Assembly: GCA_964016885.1 (NCBI GenBank)
Contig: OZ024764.1
Location: 18,476,001-18,540,000, forward strand
Direction: 5' to 3'
Length of the DNA: 64,000 nt
Source: Eledone cirrhosa
Lineage: Eukaryota
The notes under the pieces were generated by a model that saw only the letters and a program-made list of their open reading frames with translations, was not told the DNA's origin and ran no database searches. The position numbers were made by a program, and so were the translations under genes. Each line of letters opens with the position of its first letter. The stretch's first letter is position 1. Of the stretch, positions 10,701 to 25,699 are shown piece by piece.

Positions 10701-12873
10701 AAAGTGGTCATGTAGGTGTCACAACAAACAGCACCCAGTCCACACTGTAAAGTGTTCATGTAGGTGTCTCAACAAAAAGTACCCAGTCCACACTGTAAAG
10801 TGGTCATGTAGGTGACACAACAAAAAGTACCCAGTCCACACTGTAAAGTGGTCATGTAGGTGTCACAACAAACAGCACCCAGTCCACACTGTAAAGTGGT
10901 CATGTAGGTGTCTCAACAAAAAGTACCCAGTCCACACTGTAAAGTGGTCATGTAGGTGACACAACAAAAAGTACCCAGTCCACACTGTAAAGTGGTCATT
11001 TAGGTGTCACAACAAAAAGTACCCAGTCCACACTGTAAAGTGGTCATGTAGGTGTCTCAACAAAAAGTACTCAGTCCACACTGTAAAGTGGTCATGTAGG
11101 TGACACAACAAAAAGTACACAGTCCACACTGTAAAGTGGTCATGTAGGTGTCACAACAAACAGCACCTAGTCCACACTGTAAAGTGGTCATGTAGGTTTC
11201 TCAACAAAAAGTACCCAGTCCACACTGTAAAGTGGTCATGTAGGTGTCACAACAAAAAGTACCCAGTCCACACTGTAAAGTGGTCATGTAGGTGTCACAA
11301 CAAAAAGTACCCAGTCCACACTGTAAAGTGGTCATGTAGGTGTCACAACAAAAAGTACCCAGTCCACACTGTAAAGTGGTCATGTAGGTGTCACAACAAA
11401 AAGTACCCAGTCCACACTGTAAAGTGGTCATTTAGGTGTCACGACAAAAAGTACCCAGTCCACACTGTAAAGTGGTCATGTAGGTATCATGACAAAACGT
11501 ACCCAGTCCACCCTGTAAATTGGTCATGTAGGTGTCACAACAAAAAGTACCCAGTCCACACTGTAAAGTGGTCATGTAGGTGTCACAACAAACAGCACCC
11601 AGTCCACACTGTAAAGTGGTCATGTAGGTGACACAACAAAAAGTACCCAGTCCACACTGTAAAGTGGTCATGTAGGTGACACAACAAAAAGTACCCAGTC
11701 CACACTGTAAAGTGGTCATGTAGGTGTCACAACAAAAAGTACCCAGTCCACACTGTAAAGTGGTCATGTAGGTGTCTCAACAAAAAGTACCCAGTCCACA
11801 CTGTAAAGTGGTCATGTAGGTGTCTCAACAAAAAGTACTCAGTCCACACTGTAAAGTGGTCATGTAGGTGACACAACAAAAAGTACCCAGTCCACACTGT
11901 AAAGTGGTCATGTAGGTGTCACAACAAACAGCACCTAGTCCACACTGTAAAGTGGTCATGTAGGTGTCACAACAAAAAGTACCCAGTACACACTGTATAG
12001 TGGTCATGTAGGTGTCACAACAAAAAGTACCCAGTCCACACTATAAAGTGGTCATGTAGGTGTCACAACAAAAAGTACCCAGTCCACACTGTAAAGTGGT
12101 CATGTAGGTGTCTCAACAAAAAGTACCCAGTCCACACTGTAAAGTGGTCATGTAGGTGTCACAACAAAAAGTACCCAGTCCACACTGTAAAGTGGTCATG
12201 TAGGTGTCACAACAAAAAGTACGCAGTCCACACTGTAAAGTGGTCATGTAGGTGTCACAACAAAAAGTACCCAGTCCACACTGTAAAGTGGTCATGTAGG
12301 TGTCACAACAAAAAGGACCCAGTCCACACTGTAAAGTGGTCATGTAGGTGTCATGACAAAAAGTACCCAGTCCACACTGTAAAGTGGTCATGTAGGTGTC
12401 ACAACAAACAGCACCCAGTCCACACTGTAAAGCGGTAATGTAGGTGTCACAACAAACAGCACCCAGTCCACACTGTAAAGTGGTCATGTAGGTGTCACAA
12501 CAAAAAGTACCCAGTACACACTGTATAGTGGTCATGTAGGTGTCACAACAAAAAGTACCCAGTCCACACTGTAAATTGGTCATGTAGGTGTCACAACAAA
12601 AAGTACCCAGTTCACACTGTAAAGTGGTCATGTAGGTGTCTCAACAAAAAGTACCCAGTCCACACTGTAAAGTGGTCATGTAGGTGTCACAACAAAAAGT
12701 ACCCAGTCCACACTGTAAAGTGGTCATGTAGGTGTCTCAACAAAAAGTACCCAGTCCACACTGTAAAGTGGTCATATAGGTGACACAACAAAAAGTACCC
12801 AGTCCACACTGTAAAGTGGTCATGTAGGTGACACAACAAACAGCACCCAGTCCACACTGTAAAGTGGTCATGT
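1775..12873. repeat. About 4.5-kb block duplication: ~1775-6300 repeated at ~8348-12873 (offset 6,573 bp = 137 monomers minus 3 bp)
   Basis: The same ordered series of rare variants appears twice. ORF-track pairs 1943/8516, 2800/9373, 3620/10193, 4628/11201, 4859/11432, 5252/11825 and 5540/12113 all differ by 6573. Confidence 0.92.
5150..7450. repeat. Tandem duplication of a 1,152-bp (24-monomer) unit
   Basis: Markers CACTATAAAG, AAAGCGGTAATG, TAAATTGG and CAGTTCAC recur at +1152 (ORF pairs 5252/6404 and 5540/6692). Confidence 0.88.
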
Positions 12874-15800
12874 AGGTGTCTCAACAAAAAGTACCCTGTC
12901 CACACTGTAAAGTGGTCATGTAGGTGACACAACAAAAAGTACCCAGTCCACACTGTAAAGTGGTCATGTAGGTGTCACAACAAACAGCACCCAGTCCACA
13001 CTGTAAAGTGGTCATGTAGGTGTCTCAACAAAAAGTACCCAGTCCACACTGTAAAGTGGTCATTTAGGTGACACAACAAAAAGTACCCAGTCCACACTGT
13101 AAAGTGGTCATGTAGGTGTCACAACAAAAAGTACCCAGTCCACACTGTAAAGTGGTCATGTAGGTGTCTCAACAAAAAGTACCCAGTCCACACTGTAAAG
13201 TGGTCATGTAGGTGTCTCAACAAAAAGTACTCAGTCCACACTGTAAAGTGGTCATGTAGGTGACACAACAAAAAGTACCCAGTCCACACTGTAAAGTGGT
13301 CATGTAGGTGTCTCAACAAAAAGTACCCAGTCCACACTGTAAAGTGGTCATGTAGGTGACACAACAAAAAGTACCCAGTCCAAACTGTAAAGTGGTCATG
13401 TAGGTGTCACAACAAACAGCACCCAGTCCACACTGTAAAGTGGTCATGTAGGTGACTCAACAAAAAATACCCAGTCCACACTGTAAAGTGGTCATGTAGG
13501 TGACACAACAAAAAGTACCCAGTCCACACTGTAAAATGGTCATGTAGGTGTCACAACAAAAAGTACCCAGTCCACACTGTAAAGTGGTCATGTAGGTGTC
13601 ACAACAAACAGCACCCAGTCCACACTGTAAAGTGGTCATGTAGGTGTCTCAACAAAAAGTAGCCAGTCCACACTGTAAAGTGGTCATGTAGGTGTCTCAA
13701 CAAAAAGTACCCAGTCCACACTGTAAAGTGGTCATGTAGGTGTCACAACAAAAAGTACCCAGTCCACACTGTAAAGTGGTCATGTAGGTGTCACAACAAA
13801 CAACACCCAGTCCACACTGTATAGTGGTCATGTAGATGTCACAACAAAAAGTACCCAGTCTACACTGTAAAGTGGTCATGTAGGTGTCACAACAAAAAGT
13901 ACCCAGTACACACTGTATAGTGGTCATGTAGGTGTCACAACAAAAAGTACCCAGTCCACACTGTAAAGTGGTCATGTAGGTGTCACAACAAAAAGTACCC
14001 AGTCCACACTGTAAAGTGGTCATGTAGGTGTCACAACAAAAAGTACGCAGTCCACACTGTAAAGTGGTCATATAGGTGTCACAACAAAAAGTACCCAGTC
14101 CACACTGTAAAGTGGTCATGTAGGTGTCACAACAAAAAGGACCCAGTCCACACTGTAAAGTGGTCATGTAGGTGTCATGACAAAAAGTACCCAGTCCACA
14201 CTGTAAAGTGGTCATGTAGGTGTCACAACAAACAGCACCCAGTCCACACTGTAAAGTGGTCATGTAGGTGTCACAACAAACAGCACCCAGTCCACACTGT
14301 AAAGTGGTCATGTAGGTGTCACAACAAAAAGTGCCCAGTCCACACTGTAAAGTGGTCATGTAGGTGTCTCAACAAAAAGTACCCAGTCTACACTGTAAAG
14401 TGGTCATGTAGGTGTCACAACAAAAAGTACTCAGTCCACACTGTGAAGTGGTCATGTAGGTGTCACAACAAAAAGTACGCAGTTCACACTGTAAAGTGGT
14501 CATGTAGGTGTCTCAACAAAAAGTACCCAGTCCACACTGTAAAGTGGTCATGTAGGTGTCACAACAAAAAGTACCCAGTCCACACTGTAAAGTGGTCATG
14601 TAGGTGTCTCAACAAAAAGTACCCAGTCCACACTGTAAAGTGGTCATATAGGTGACACAACAAAAAGTACCCAGTCCACACTGTAAAGTGGTCATGTAGG
14701 TGTCACAACAAACAGCACCCAGTCCACACTGTAAAGTGGTCATGTAGGTGTCTCAACAAAAAGTACCCTGTCCACACTGTAAAGTGGTCATGTAGGTGAC
14801 ACAACAAAAAGTACCCAGTCCACACTGTAAAGTGGTCATGTAGGTGTCACAACAAACAGCACCCAGTCCACACTGTAAAGTGGTCATGTAGGTGTCTCAA
14901 CAAAAAGTACCCAGTCCACACTGTAAAGTGGTCATGTAGGTGACACAACAAAAAGTACCCAGTCCACACTGTAAAGTGGTCATGTAGGTGTCACAACAAA
15001 AAGTACCCAGTCCACACTGTAAAGTGGTCATGTAGGTGTCTCAACAAAAAGTACCCAGTCCACACTGTAAAGTGGTCATGTAGGTGTCTCAACAAAAAGT
15101 ACTCAGTCCACACTGTAAAGTGGTCATGTAGGTGACACAACAAAAAGTACCCAGTCCACACTGTAAAGTGGTCATGTAGGTGTCTCAACAAAAAGTACCC
15201 AGTCCACACTGTAAAGTGGTCATGTAGGTGACACAACAAAAAGTACCCAGTCCAAACTGTAAAGTGGTCATGTAGGTGTCACAACAAACAGCACCCAGTC
15301 CACACTGTAAAGTGGTCATGTAGGTGACTCAACAAAAAATACCCAGTCCACACTGTAAAGTGGTCATGTAGGTGACACAACCAAAAGTACCCAGTCCACA
15401 CTGTAAAATGGTCATGTAGGTGTCACAACAAAAAGTACCCAGTCCACACTGTAAAGTGGTCATGTAGGTGTCACAACAAACAGCACCCAGTCCACACTGT
15501 AAAGTGGTCATGTAGGTGTCTCAACAAAAAGTAGCCAGTCCACACTGTAAAGTGGTCATGTAGGTGTCTCAACAAAAAGTACCCAGTCCACACTGTAAAG
15601 TGGTCATGTAGGTGTCACAACAAAAAGTACCCAGTCCACACTGTAAAGTGGTCATGTAGGTGTCACAACAAACAACACCCAGTCCACACTGTATAGTGGT
15701 CATGTAGATGTCACAACAAAAAGTACCCAGTCTACACTGTAAAGTGGTCATGTAGGTGTCACAACAAAAAGTACCCAGTACACACTGTATAGTGGTCATG

Positions 15801-16799
15801 TAGGTGTCACAACAAAAAGTACCCAGTCCACACTGTAAAGTGGTCATGTAGGTGTCACAACAAAAAGTACCCAGTCCACACTGTAAAGTGGCCATGTAGG
15901 TGTCTCAACAAAAAGTACCCAGTCCACACTGTAAAGTGGTCATGTAGATGTCACAACAAAAAGTACCCAGTCCACACTGTAAAGTGGTCATGTAGGTGTC
16001 ACAACAAAAAGTACGCAGTCCACACTGTAAAGTGGTCATATAGGTGTCACAACAAAAAGTACCCAGTCCACACTGTAAAGTGGTCATGTAGGTGTCACAA
16101 CAAAAAGGACCCAGTCCACACTGTAAAGTGGTCATGTAGGTGTCATGACAAAAAGTACCCAGTCCACACTGTAAAGTGGTCATGTAGGTGTCACAACAAA
16201 CAGCACCCAGTCCACACTGTAAAGTGGTCATGTAGGTGTCACAACAAACAGCACCCAGTCCACACTGTAAAGTGGTCATGTAGGTGTCACAACAAAAAGT
16301 GCCCAGTCCACACTGTAAAGTGGTCATGTAGGTGTCTCAACAAAAAGTACCCAGTCTACACTGTAAAGTGGTCATGTAGGTGTCACAACAAAAAGTACTC
16401 AGTCCACACTGTGAAGTGGTCATGTAGGTGTCACAACAAAAAGTACCCAGTACTCATTGTAAAGTGGTCATGTAGGTGTCACAACAAAAAGTACCCAGTC
16501 CACACTGTAAAGTGGTCATGTAGGTGACACAACAAAAAGCACCGAGTACACACTGTAAAGTGTCATGTAGGTGTCACAACAAAAAGCTCCCAGTAAACAC
16601 TGTAAAGTGGTCATGTAGGTGACACAACAAACAGCACCCAGTCCACACTGTAAAGTGGTCATGTAGGTGTCTCAACAAAAAGTACCCAGTCCACACTGTA
16701 AAGTGGTCATGTAGGTGACACAACAAAAAGTACCCAGTCCACACTGTAAAGTGGTCATGAAGGTGTCACAACAAAAAGTACCCAGTCCACACTGTAAAG

Positions 16800-19700
16800 T
16801 GGTCATGTAGGTGTCTCAACAAAAAGTACCCAGTCCACACTGTAAAGTGGTCATGTAGGTGTCTCAACAAAATGTACTCAGTCCACACTGTAAAGTGGTC
16901 ATGTAGGTGACACAACAAAAAGAACCCAGTCCACACTGTAAAGTGGTCATGTAGGTGTCACAACAAACAGCACCTAGTCCACACTGTAAAGTGGTCATGT
17001 AGGTGTCTCAACAAAAAGTACCCAGTCCACACTGTAAAGTGGTCATGTAGGTGACACAACAAAAAGTACCCAGTCCACACTGTAAAGTGGTCATGTAGGT
17101 GTCACAACAAACAGCACCCAGTCCACACTGTAAAGTGGTCATGTAGGTGTCTCAACAAAAAGTACCCAGTCCACACTGTAAAGTGGTCATGTAAGTGTCT
17201 CAACAAAAAGTACCCAGTCCACACTGTAAAGTGTTCATGTAGGTGTCACAACAAAAAGTACCCAGTCCACACTTTAAAGTCGTCATGTAGGTGTCACAAC
17301 AAACAACACCCAGTCCACACTGTATAGTGGTTATGTAGGTGTCACCACAAAAAGTACCCAGTCTACACTGTAAAGTGGTCATGTAGGTGTCACAACAAAA
17401 AGTACCCAGTACACACTGTATAGTGGTCATGTAGGTGTCACAACAAAAAGTACCCAGTCCACACTGTAAAGTGGTCATGTAGGTGTCACAACAAAAAGTA
17501 CCCAGTCCACACTGTAAAGTGGTCATGTAGGTCTCAAAACAAAAAGTACCCAGTCCACACTGTAAAGTGGTCATGTAGGTGTCACAACAAAAAGTACCCA
17601 GTCCACACTGTAAAGTGGTCATGTAGGTGTCTCAACAAAAAGTACCCAGTCCACACTGTAAAGTGGTCATGTAGGTGTCACAACAAAAAGTACCCAGTCC
17701 ACACTGTAAAGTGGTCATGTAGGTGTCACAACAAACAGCACCCAGTCCACACTGTAAAGTGTTCATGTAGGTGTCTCAACAAAAAGTACCCAGTCCACAC
17801 TGTAAAGTGGTCATGTAGGTGACACAACAAAAAGTACCCAGTCCACACTGTAAAGTGGTCATGTAGGTGTCACAACAAACAGCACCCAGTCCACACTGTA
17901 AAGTGGTCATGTAGGTGTCTCAACAAAAAGTACCCAGTCCACACTGTAAAGTGGTCATGTAGGTGACACAACAAAAAGTACCCAGTCCACACTGTAAAGT
18001 GGTCATGTAGGTGTCACAACAAAAAGTACCCAGTCCACACTGTAAAGTGGTCATGTAGGTGTCTCAACAAAAAGTACTCAGTCCACACTGTAAAGTGGTC
18101 ATGTAGGTGACACAACAAAAAGTACACAGTCCACACTGTAAAGTGGTCATGTAGGTGTCACAACAAACAGCACCTAGTCCACACTGTAAAGTGGTCATGT
18201 AGGTTTCTCAACAAAAAGTACCCAGTCCACACTGTAAAGTGGTCATGTAGGTGTCACAACAAAAAGTACCCAGTCCACACTGTAAAGTGGTCATGTAGGT
18301 GTCACAACAAACAGCACCCAGTCCACACTGTAAAGTAGTCATGTAGGTGTCTCAACAAAAAGTAGCCAGTCCACACTGTAAAGTGGTCATGTAGGTGTCA
18401 CAACAAAAAGTACCCAGTCCACACTGTAAAGTGCTCATGTAGGTGTCACAACAAACAACACCCAGTCCACACTGTATAGTGGTCATGTAGGTGTCACAAC
18501 AAAAAGTACCCAGTCTACACTGTAAAGTGGTCATGTAGGTGTCACAACAAAAAGTACCCAGTACACACTGTATAGTGGTCATGTACGTGTCACAACAAAA
18601 AGTACCCAGTCCACACTGTAAAGTGGTCATGTAGGTGTCACGACAAAATGTACCCAGTCCACACTGTAAAGTGGTCATGTAGGTGTCTCAACAAAAAGTA
18701 CCCAGTCCACACTGTAAAGTGGTCATGTAGGTGTCACAACAAAAAGTACCCAGTCCACACTGTAAAGTGGTCATGTAGGTGTCACAACAAAAAGTACGCA
18801 GTCCACACTGTAAAGTGGTCAAATAGGTGTCACAACAAAAAGTACCCAGTCCACACTGTAAAGTGGTCATGTAGGTGTCACAACAAAAAGGACCCAGTCC
18901 ACACTGTAAAGTGGTCATGTAGGTGTCATGACAAAAAGTACCCAGTCCACACTGTAAAGTGGTCATGTAGGTGTCACAACAAACAGCACCCAGTCCACAC
19001 TGTAAAGTGGTCATGTAGGTGTCACAACAAACAGCACCCAGTCCACACTGTAAAGTAGTCATGTAGTTGTCTCAACAAAAAGTAGCCAGTCCACACTGTA
19101 AAGTGGTCATGTAGGTGTCACAACAAAAAGTACCCAGTCCACACTGTAAAGTGCTCATGTAGGTGTCACAACAAACAACACCCAGTCCACACTGTATAGT
19201 GGTCATGTAGGTGTCACAACAAAAAGTACCCAGTCTACACTGTAAAGTGGTCATGTAGGTGTCACAACAAAAAGTACCCAGTACACACTGTATAGTGGTC
19301 ATGTACGTGTCACAACAAAAAGTACCCAGTCCACACTGTAAAGTGGTCATGTAGGTGTCACAACAAAAAGTACCCAGTCCACACTGTAAAGTGGTCATGT
19401 AGGTGTCTCAACAAAAAGTACCCAGTCCACACTGTAAAGTGGTCATGTAGGTGTCACAACAAAAAGTACCCAGTCCACACTGTAAAGTGGTCATGTAGGT
19501 GTCACAACAAAAAGTACGCAGTCCACACTGTAAAGTGGTCAAATAGGTGTCACAACAAAAAGTACCCAGTCCACACTGTAAAGTGGTCATGTAGGTGTCA
19601 CAACAAAAAGGACCCAGTCCACACTGTAAAGTGGTCATGTAGGTGTCATGACAAAAAGTACCCAGTCCACACTGTAAAGTGGTCATGTAGGTGTCACAAC

Positions 19701-22700
19701 AAACAGCACCCAGTCCACACTGTAAAGTGGTCATGTAGGTGTCACAACAAACAGCACCCAGTCCACACTGTAAAGTGGTCATGTAGGTGTCACAACAAAC
19801 AACACCCATTCCACACTGTAAAGTGGTCATGTAGGTGTCACGACAAAAAGTGCCCAGTCCACACTGTAAAGTGGTCATGTAGGTGTCTCAACAAAAAGTA
19901 CCCAGTCTACACTGTAAAGTGGTCATGTAGGTGTCACAACAAAAAGTACTCAGTCCACACTGTAAAGTGGTCATGTAGGTGCCACAACAAAAGTACCCAG
20001 TACTCATTGTAAAGTGGTCATGTAGGTGTCACAACAAAAAGTACCCAGTCCACACTGTAAAGTGGTCATGTAGGTGTCACAACAAAAAGTACCCAGTCCA
20101 CACTGTTAAGTGGTCATGTAGGTGTCACAACAAAAAGTACCCAGTCCACACTGTAAAGTGGTCATGTAGGTGTCTCAACAAAAAGTACCCAGTCCACACT
20201 GTAAAGTGGTCATGTAGGTGTCTCAACAAAATGTACTCAGTCCACACTGTAAAGTGGTCATGTAGGTGACACAACAAAAAGAACCCAGTCCACACTGTAA
20301 AGTGGTCATGTAGGTGTCACAACAAACAGCACCTAGTCCACACTGTAAAGTGGTCATGTAGGTGTCTCAACAAAAAGTACCCAGTCCACACTGTAAAGTG
20401 GTCATGTAGGTGACACAACAAAAAGTACCCAGTCCACACTGTAAAGTGGTCATGTAGGTGTCACAACAAACAGCACCCAGTCCACACTGTAAAGTGGTCA
20501 TGTAGGTGTCTCAACAAAAAGTACCCAGTCCACACTGTAAAGTGGTCATGTAAGTGTCTCAACAAAAAGTACCCAGTCCACACTGTAAAGTGTTCATGTA
20601 GGTGTCACAACAAAAAGTACCCAGTCCACACTTTAAAGTCGTCATGTAGGTGTCACAACAAACAACACCCAGTCCACACTGTATAGTGGTTATGTAGGTG
20701 TCACAACAAAAAGTACCCAGTCTACACTGTAAAGTGGTCATGTAGGTGTCACAACAAAAAGTACCCAGTACACACTGTATAGTGGTCATGTAGGTGTCAC
20801 AACAAAAAGTACCCAGTCCACACTGTAAAGTGGTCATGTAGGTGTCACAACAAAAAGTACCCAGTCCACACTGTAAAGTGGTCATGTAGGTCTCAAAACA
20901 AAAAGTACCCAGTCCACACTGTAAAGTGGTCATGTAGGTGTCACAACAAAAAGTACCCAGTCCACACTGTAAAGTGGTCATGTAGGTGTCTCAACAAAAA
21001 GTACCCAGTCCACACTGTAAAGTGGTCATGTAGGTGTCACAACAAAAAGTACCCAGTCCACACTGTAAAGTGGTCATGTAGGTGTCACAACAAACAGCAC
21101 CCAGTCCACACTGTAAAGTGTTCATGTAGGTGTCTCAACAAAAAGTACCCAGTCCACACTGTAAAGTGGTCATGTAGGTGACACAACAAAAAGTACCCAG
21201 TCCACACTGTAAAGTGGTCATGTAGGTGTCACAACAAACAGCACCCAGTCCACACTGTAAAGTGGTCATGTAGGTGTCTCAACAAAAAGTACCCAGTCCA
21301 CACTGTAAAGTGGTCATGTAGGTGACACAACAAAAAGTACCCAGTCCACACTGTAAAGTGGTCATGTAGGTGTCACAACAAAAAGTACCCAGTCCACACT
21401 GTAAAGTGGTCATGTAGGTGTCTCAACAAAAAGTACTCAGTCCACACTGTAAAGTGGTCATGTAGGTGACACAACAAAAAGTACACAGTCCACACTGTAA
21501 AGTGGTCATGTAGGTGTCACAACAAACAGCACCTAGTCCACACTGTAAAGTGGTCATGTAGGTTTCTCAACAAAAAGTACCCAGTCCACACTGTAAAGTG
21601 GTCATGTAGGTGTCACAACAAAAAGTACCCAGTCCACACTGTAAAGTGGTCATGTAGGTGTCACAACAAACAGCACCCAGTCCACACTGTAAAGTAGTCA
21701 TGTAGGTGTCTCAACAAAAAGTAGCCAGTCCACACTGTAAAGTGGTCATGTAGGTGTCACAACAAAAAGTACCCAGTCCACACTGTAAAGTGCTCATGTA
21801 GGTGTCACAACAAACAACACCCAGTCCACACTGTATAGTGGTCATGTAGGTGTCACAACAAAAATTACCCAGTACACACTGTATAGTGGTCATGTACGTG
21901 TCACAACAAAAAGTACCCAGTCCACACTGTAAAGTGGTCATGTAGGTGTCACGACAAAATGTACCCAGTCCACACTGTAAAGTGGTCATGTAGGTGTCTC
22001 AACAAAAAGTACCCAGTCCACACTGTAAAGTGGTCATGTAGGTGTCACAACAAAAAGTACCCAGTCCACACTGTAAAGTGGTCATGTAGGTGTCACAACA
22101 AAAAGTACGCAGTCCACACTGTAAAGTGGTCAAATAGGTGTCACAACAAAAAGTACCCAGTCCACACTGTAAAGTGGTCATGTAGGTGTCACAACAAAAA
22201 GGACCCAGTCCACACTGTAAAGTGGTCATGTAGGTGTCATGACAAAAAGTACCCAGTCCACACTGTAAAGTGGTCATGTAGGTGTCACAACAAACAGCAC
22301 CCAGTCCACACTGTAAAGTGGTCATGTAGGTGTCACAACAAACAGCACCCAGTCCACACTGTAAAGTAGTCATGTAGTTGTCTCAACAAAAAGTAGCCAG
22401 TCCACACTGTAAAGTGGTCATGTAGGTGTCACAACAAAAAGTACCCAGTCCACACTGTAAAGTGCTCATGTAGGTGTCACAACAAACAACACCCAGTCCA
22501 CACTGTATAGTGGTCATGTAGGTGTCACAACAAAAAGTACCCAGTCTACACTGTAAAGTGGTCATGTAGGTGTCACAACAAAAAGTACCCAGTACACACT
22601 GTATAGTGGTCATGTACGTGTCACAACAAAAAGTACCCAGTCCACACTGTAAGGTGGTCATGTAGGTGTCACAACAAAAAGTACCCAGTCCACACTGTAA

Positions 22701-23400
22701 AGTGGTCATGTAGGTGTCTCAACAAAAAGTACCCAGTCCACACTGTAAAGTGGTCATGTAGGTGTCACAACAAAAAGTACCCAGTCCACACTGTAAAGTG
22801 GTCATGTAGGTGTCACAACAAAAAGTACGCAGTCCACACTGTAAAGTGGTCAAATAGGTGTCACAACAAAAAGTACCCAGTCCACACTGTAAAGTGGTCA
22901 TGTAGGTGTCACAACAAAAAGGACCCAGTCCACACTGTAAAGTGGTCATGTAGGTGTCATGACAAAAAGTACCCAGTCCACACTGTAAAGTGGTCATGTA
23001 GGTGTCACAACAAACAGCACCCAGTCCACACTGTAAAGTGGTCATGTAGGTGTCACAACAAACAACACCCATTCCACACTGTAAAGTGGTCATGTAGGTG
23101 TCACGACAAAAAGTGCCCAGTCCACACTGTAAAGTGGTCATGTAGGTGTCTCAACAAAAAGTACCCAGTCTACACTGTAAAGTGGTCATGTAGGTGTCAC
23201 AACAAAAAGTACTCAGTCCACACTGTAAAGTGGTCATGTAGGTGCCACAACAAAAGTACCCAGTACTCATTGTAAAGTGGTCATGTAGGTGTCACAACAA
23301 AAAGTACCCAGTCCACACTGTAAAGTGGTCATGTAGGTGTCACAACAAAAAGTACCCAGTCCACACTGTTAAGTGGTCATGTAGGTGTCACAACAAAAAG
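16800..23400. repeat. Tandem duplication of a ~3.3-kb unit (offset 3,359, then 3,311, then 3,263), each copy containing an internal ~720-bp (15-monomer) duplication
   Basis: ORF pairs 17200/20559 and 18352/21711 (3359), 18688/21999 and 19072/22383 (3311), 19979/23242 (3263). Internal pairs 18352/19072 and 18688/19408 (720). Shared markers GTCAAATAGG, GTGCTCATG, ATGTACGTG, GTGCCACAACAAAAG and TGTTAAG. Confidence 0.9.
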
Positions 23401-25699
23401 TACCCAGTCCACACTGTAAAGTGGTCATGTAGGTGACACAACAAAAAGAACCGAGTACACACTGTAAAGTGTCATGTAGGTGTCACAACAAAAAGCTCCC
23501 AGTACACACTGTAAAGTGGTCATGTAGGTGACACAACAAAAAGCACCCAGTACACACTGTAAAGTGGTCATGTAGGTGTCACAACAAAAAGTACCCAGTC
23601 CACACTGTAAAGAGGTCTGTAGGTGTCACAACAAAAAGTACCCAGTACACACTGTAAAGTGGTCATGTAGGTGTCACAACAAAAAGTACCCAGTCCACAC
23701 TGTAAAGTGGTCATGTAGGTGTCACAACAAAAAGTACCCAGTCCACACTGTAAAGTGGTCTGTAGGTGTCACAACAAAAAGCACCCAGTCCACACTGTAA
23801 AGAGGTCATGTAGGTGTCACAACAAAAAGTACCCAGTCCACACTGTAAAGTGGTCATGTAGGTGTCTCAATAAAAAGTACCCAGTCCACACTGTAAAGTG
23901 GTCATGTAGGTGACACAACAAAAAGTACCCAGTCCACACTGTAAAGTGGTCATGTAGGTGTCTCAACAAAAAGTACCCAGTCCACACTGTAAAGTGGTCA
24001 TATAGGTGACACAACAAAAAGTACCCAGTCCACACTGTAAAGTGGTCATGTAGGTGTCACAACAAACAGCACCCAGACCACACTGTAAAGTGGTCATGTA
24101 GGTGTCTCAACAAAAAGTACCCTGTCCACACTGTAAAGTGGTCATGTAGGTGACACAACAAAAAGTACCCAGTTCACATTGTAAAGTGGTCATGTAGGTG
24201 TCACAACAAACAGCACCCAGTCCACACTGTAAAGTGGTCATGTAGGTGTCTCAACAAAAAGTACCCAGTCCACACTGTAAAGTGGTCATGTAGGTGACAC
24301 AACAAAAAGTACCCAGTCCACACTGTAAAGTGGTCATGTAGGTGTCACAACAAAAAGTACCCAGTCCACACTGTAAAGTGGTCATGTAGGTGTCTCAACA
24401 AAAAGTACCCAGTCCACACTGTAAAGTGGTCATGTAGGTGTCTCAACAAAAAGTACTCAGTCCACACTGTAAAGTGGTCATGTAGGTGACACAACAAAAA
24501 GTACCCAGTCCACACTGTAAAGTGGTCATGTAGGTGTCTCAACAAAAAGTACCCAGTCCACACTGTAAAGTGGTCATGTAGGTGACACAACAAAAAGTAC
24601 CCAGTCCACACTGTAAAGTGGTCATGTAGGTGTCACAACAAACAGCACCCAGTCCACACTGTAAAGTGGTCATGTAGGTGTCTCAACAAAAAGTACCCAG
24701 TCCACACTGTAAAGTGGTCATGTAGGTGACACAACAAAAAGTACCCAGTCCACACTGTAAAGTGGTCATGTAGGTGTCACAACAAACAGCACCCAGTCCA
24801 CACTGTAAAGTGGTCATGTAGGTGTCTCAACAAAAAGTAGCCAGTCCACACTGTAAAGTGGTCATGTAGGTGTCTCAACAAAAAGTACCCAGTCCACACT
24901 GTAAAGTGGTCATGTAGGTGTCACAACAAAAAGTACCCAGTCCACACTGTAAAGTGGTCATGCAGGTGTCACAACAAACAACACCCAGTCCACACTGTAT
25001 AGTGGTCATGTAGGTGTCACAACAAAAAGTACCCAGTCTACACTGTAAAGTGGTCATGTAGGTGTCACAACAAAAAGTACCCAGTACACACTGTATAGTG
25101 GTCATGTAGGTGTCACAACAAAAAGTACCCAGTCCACACTGTAAAGTGGTCATGTAGGTGTCACAACAAAAAGTACCCAGTCCACACTGTAAAGTGGTCA
25201 TGTAGGTGTCTCAACAAAAAGTACCCAGTCCACACTGTAAAGTGGTCATGTAGGTGTCACAACAAAAAGTACCCAGTCCACACTGTAAAGTGGTCATGTA
25301 GGTGTCACAACAAAAAGGACGCAGTCCACACTGTAAAGTGGTCATATAGGTGTCACAACAAAAAGTACCCAGTCCACACTGTAAAGTGGTCACGTAGGTG
25401 TCACAACAAAAAGGACCCAGTCCACACTGTAAAGTGGTCATGTAGGTGTCATGACAAAAAGTACCCAGTCCACACTGTAAAGTGGTCATGTAGGTGTCAC
25501 AACAAACAGCACCCAGTCCACACTGTAAAGTGGTCATGTAGGTGTCACAACCAACAGCACCCAGTCCACACTGTAAAGTGGTCATGTAGGTGTCTCAACA
25601 AAAAGTACCCAGTCTACACTGTAAAGTGGTCATGTAGGTGTCACAACAAAAAGTACTCAGTCCACACTGTAAAGTGGTCATGTAGGTGTCACAACAAAA

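Larger units (their letters stand above)
50..18310. repeat. Block duplication: ~50-4730 repeated at ~14012-18310 (offset 13,962, falling to 13,580 after a 382-bp deletion near 16630)
   Basis: ORF pairs 481/14443, 1029/14991, 1367/15329, 1607/15569 and 1943/15905 differ by 13962. Pair 3620/17200 and marker AGGTTTCTCA (4621/18201) differ by 13580. Confidence 0.88.
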
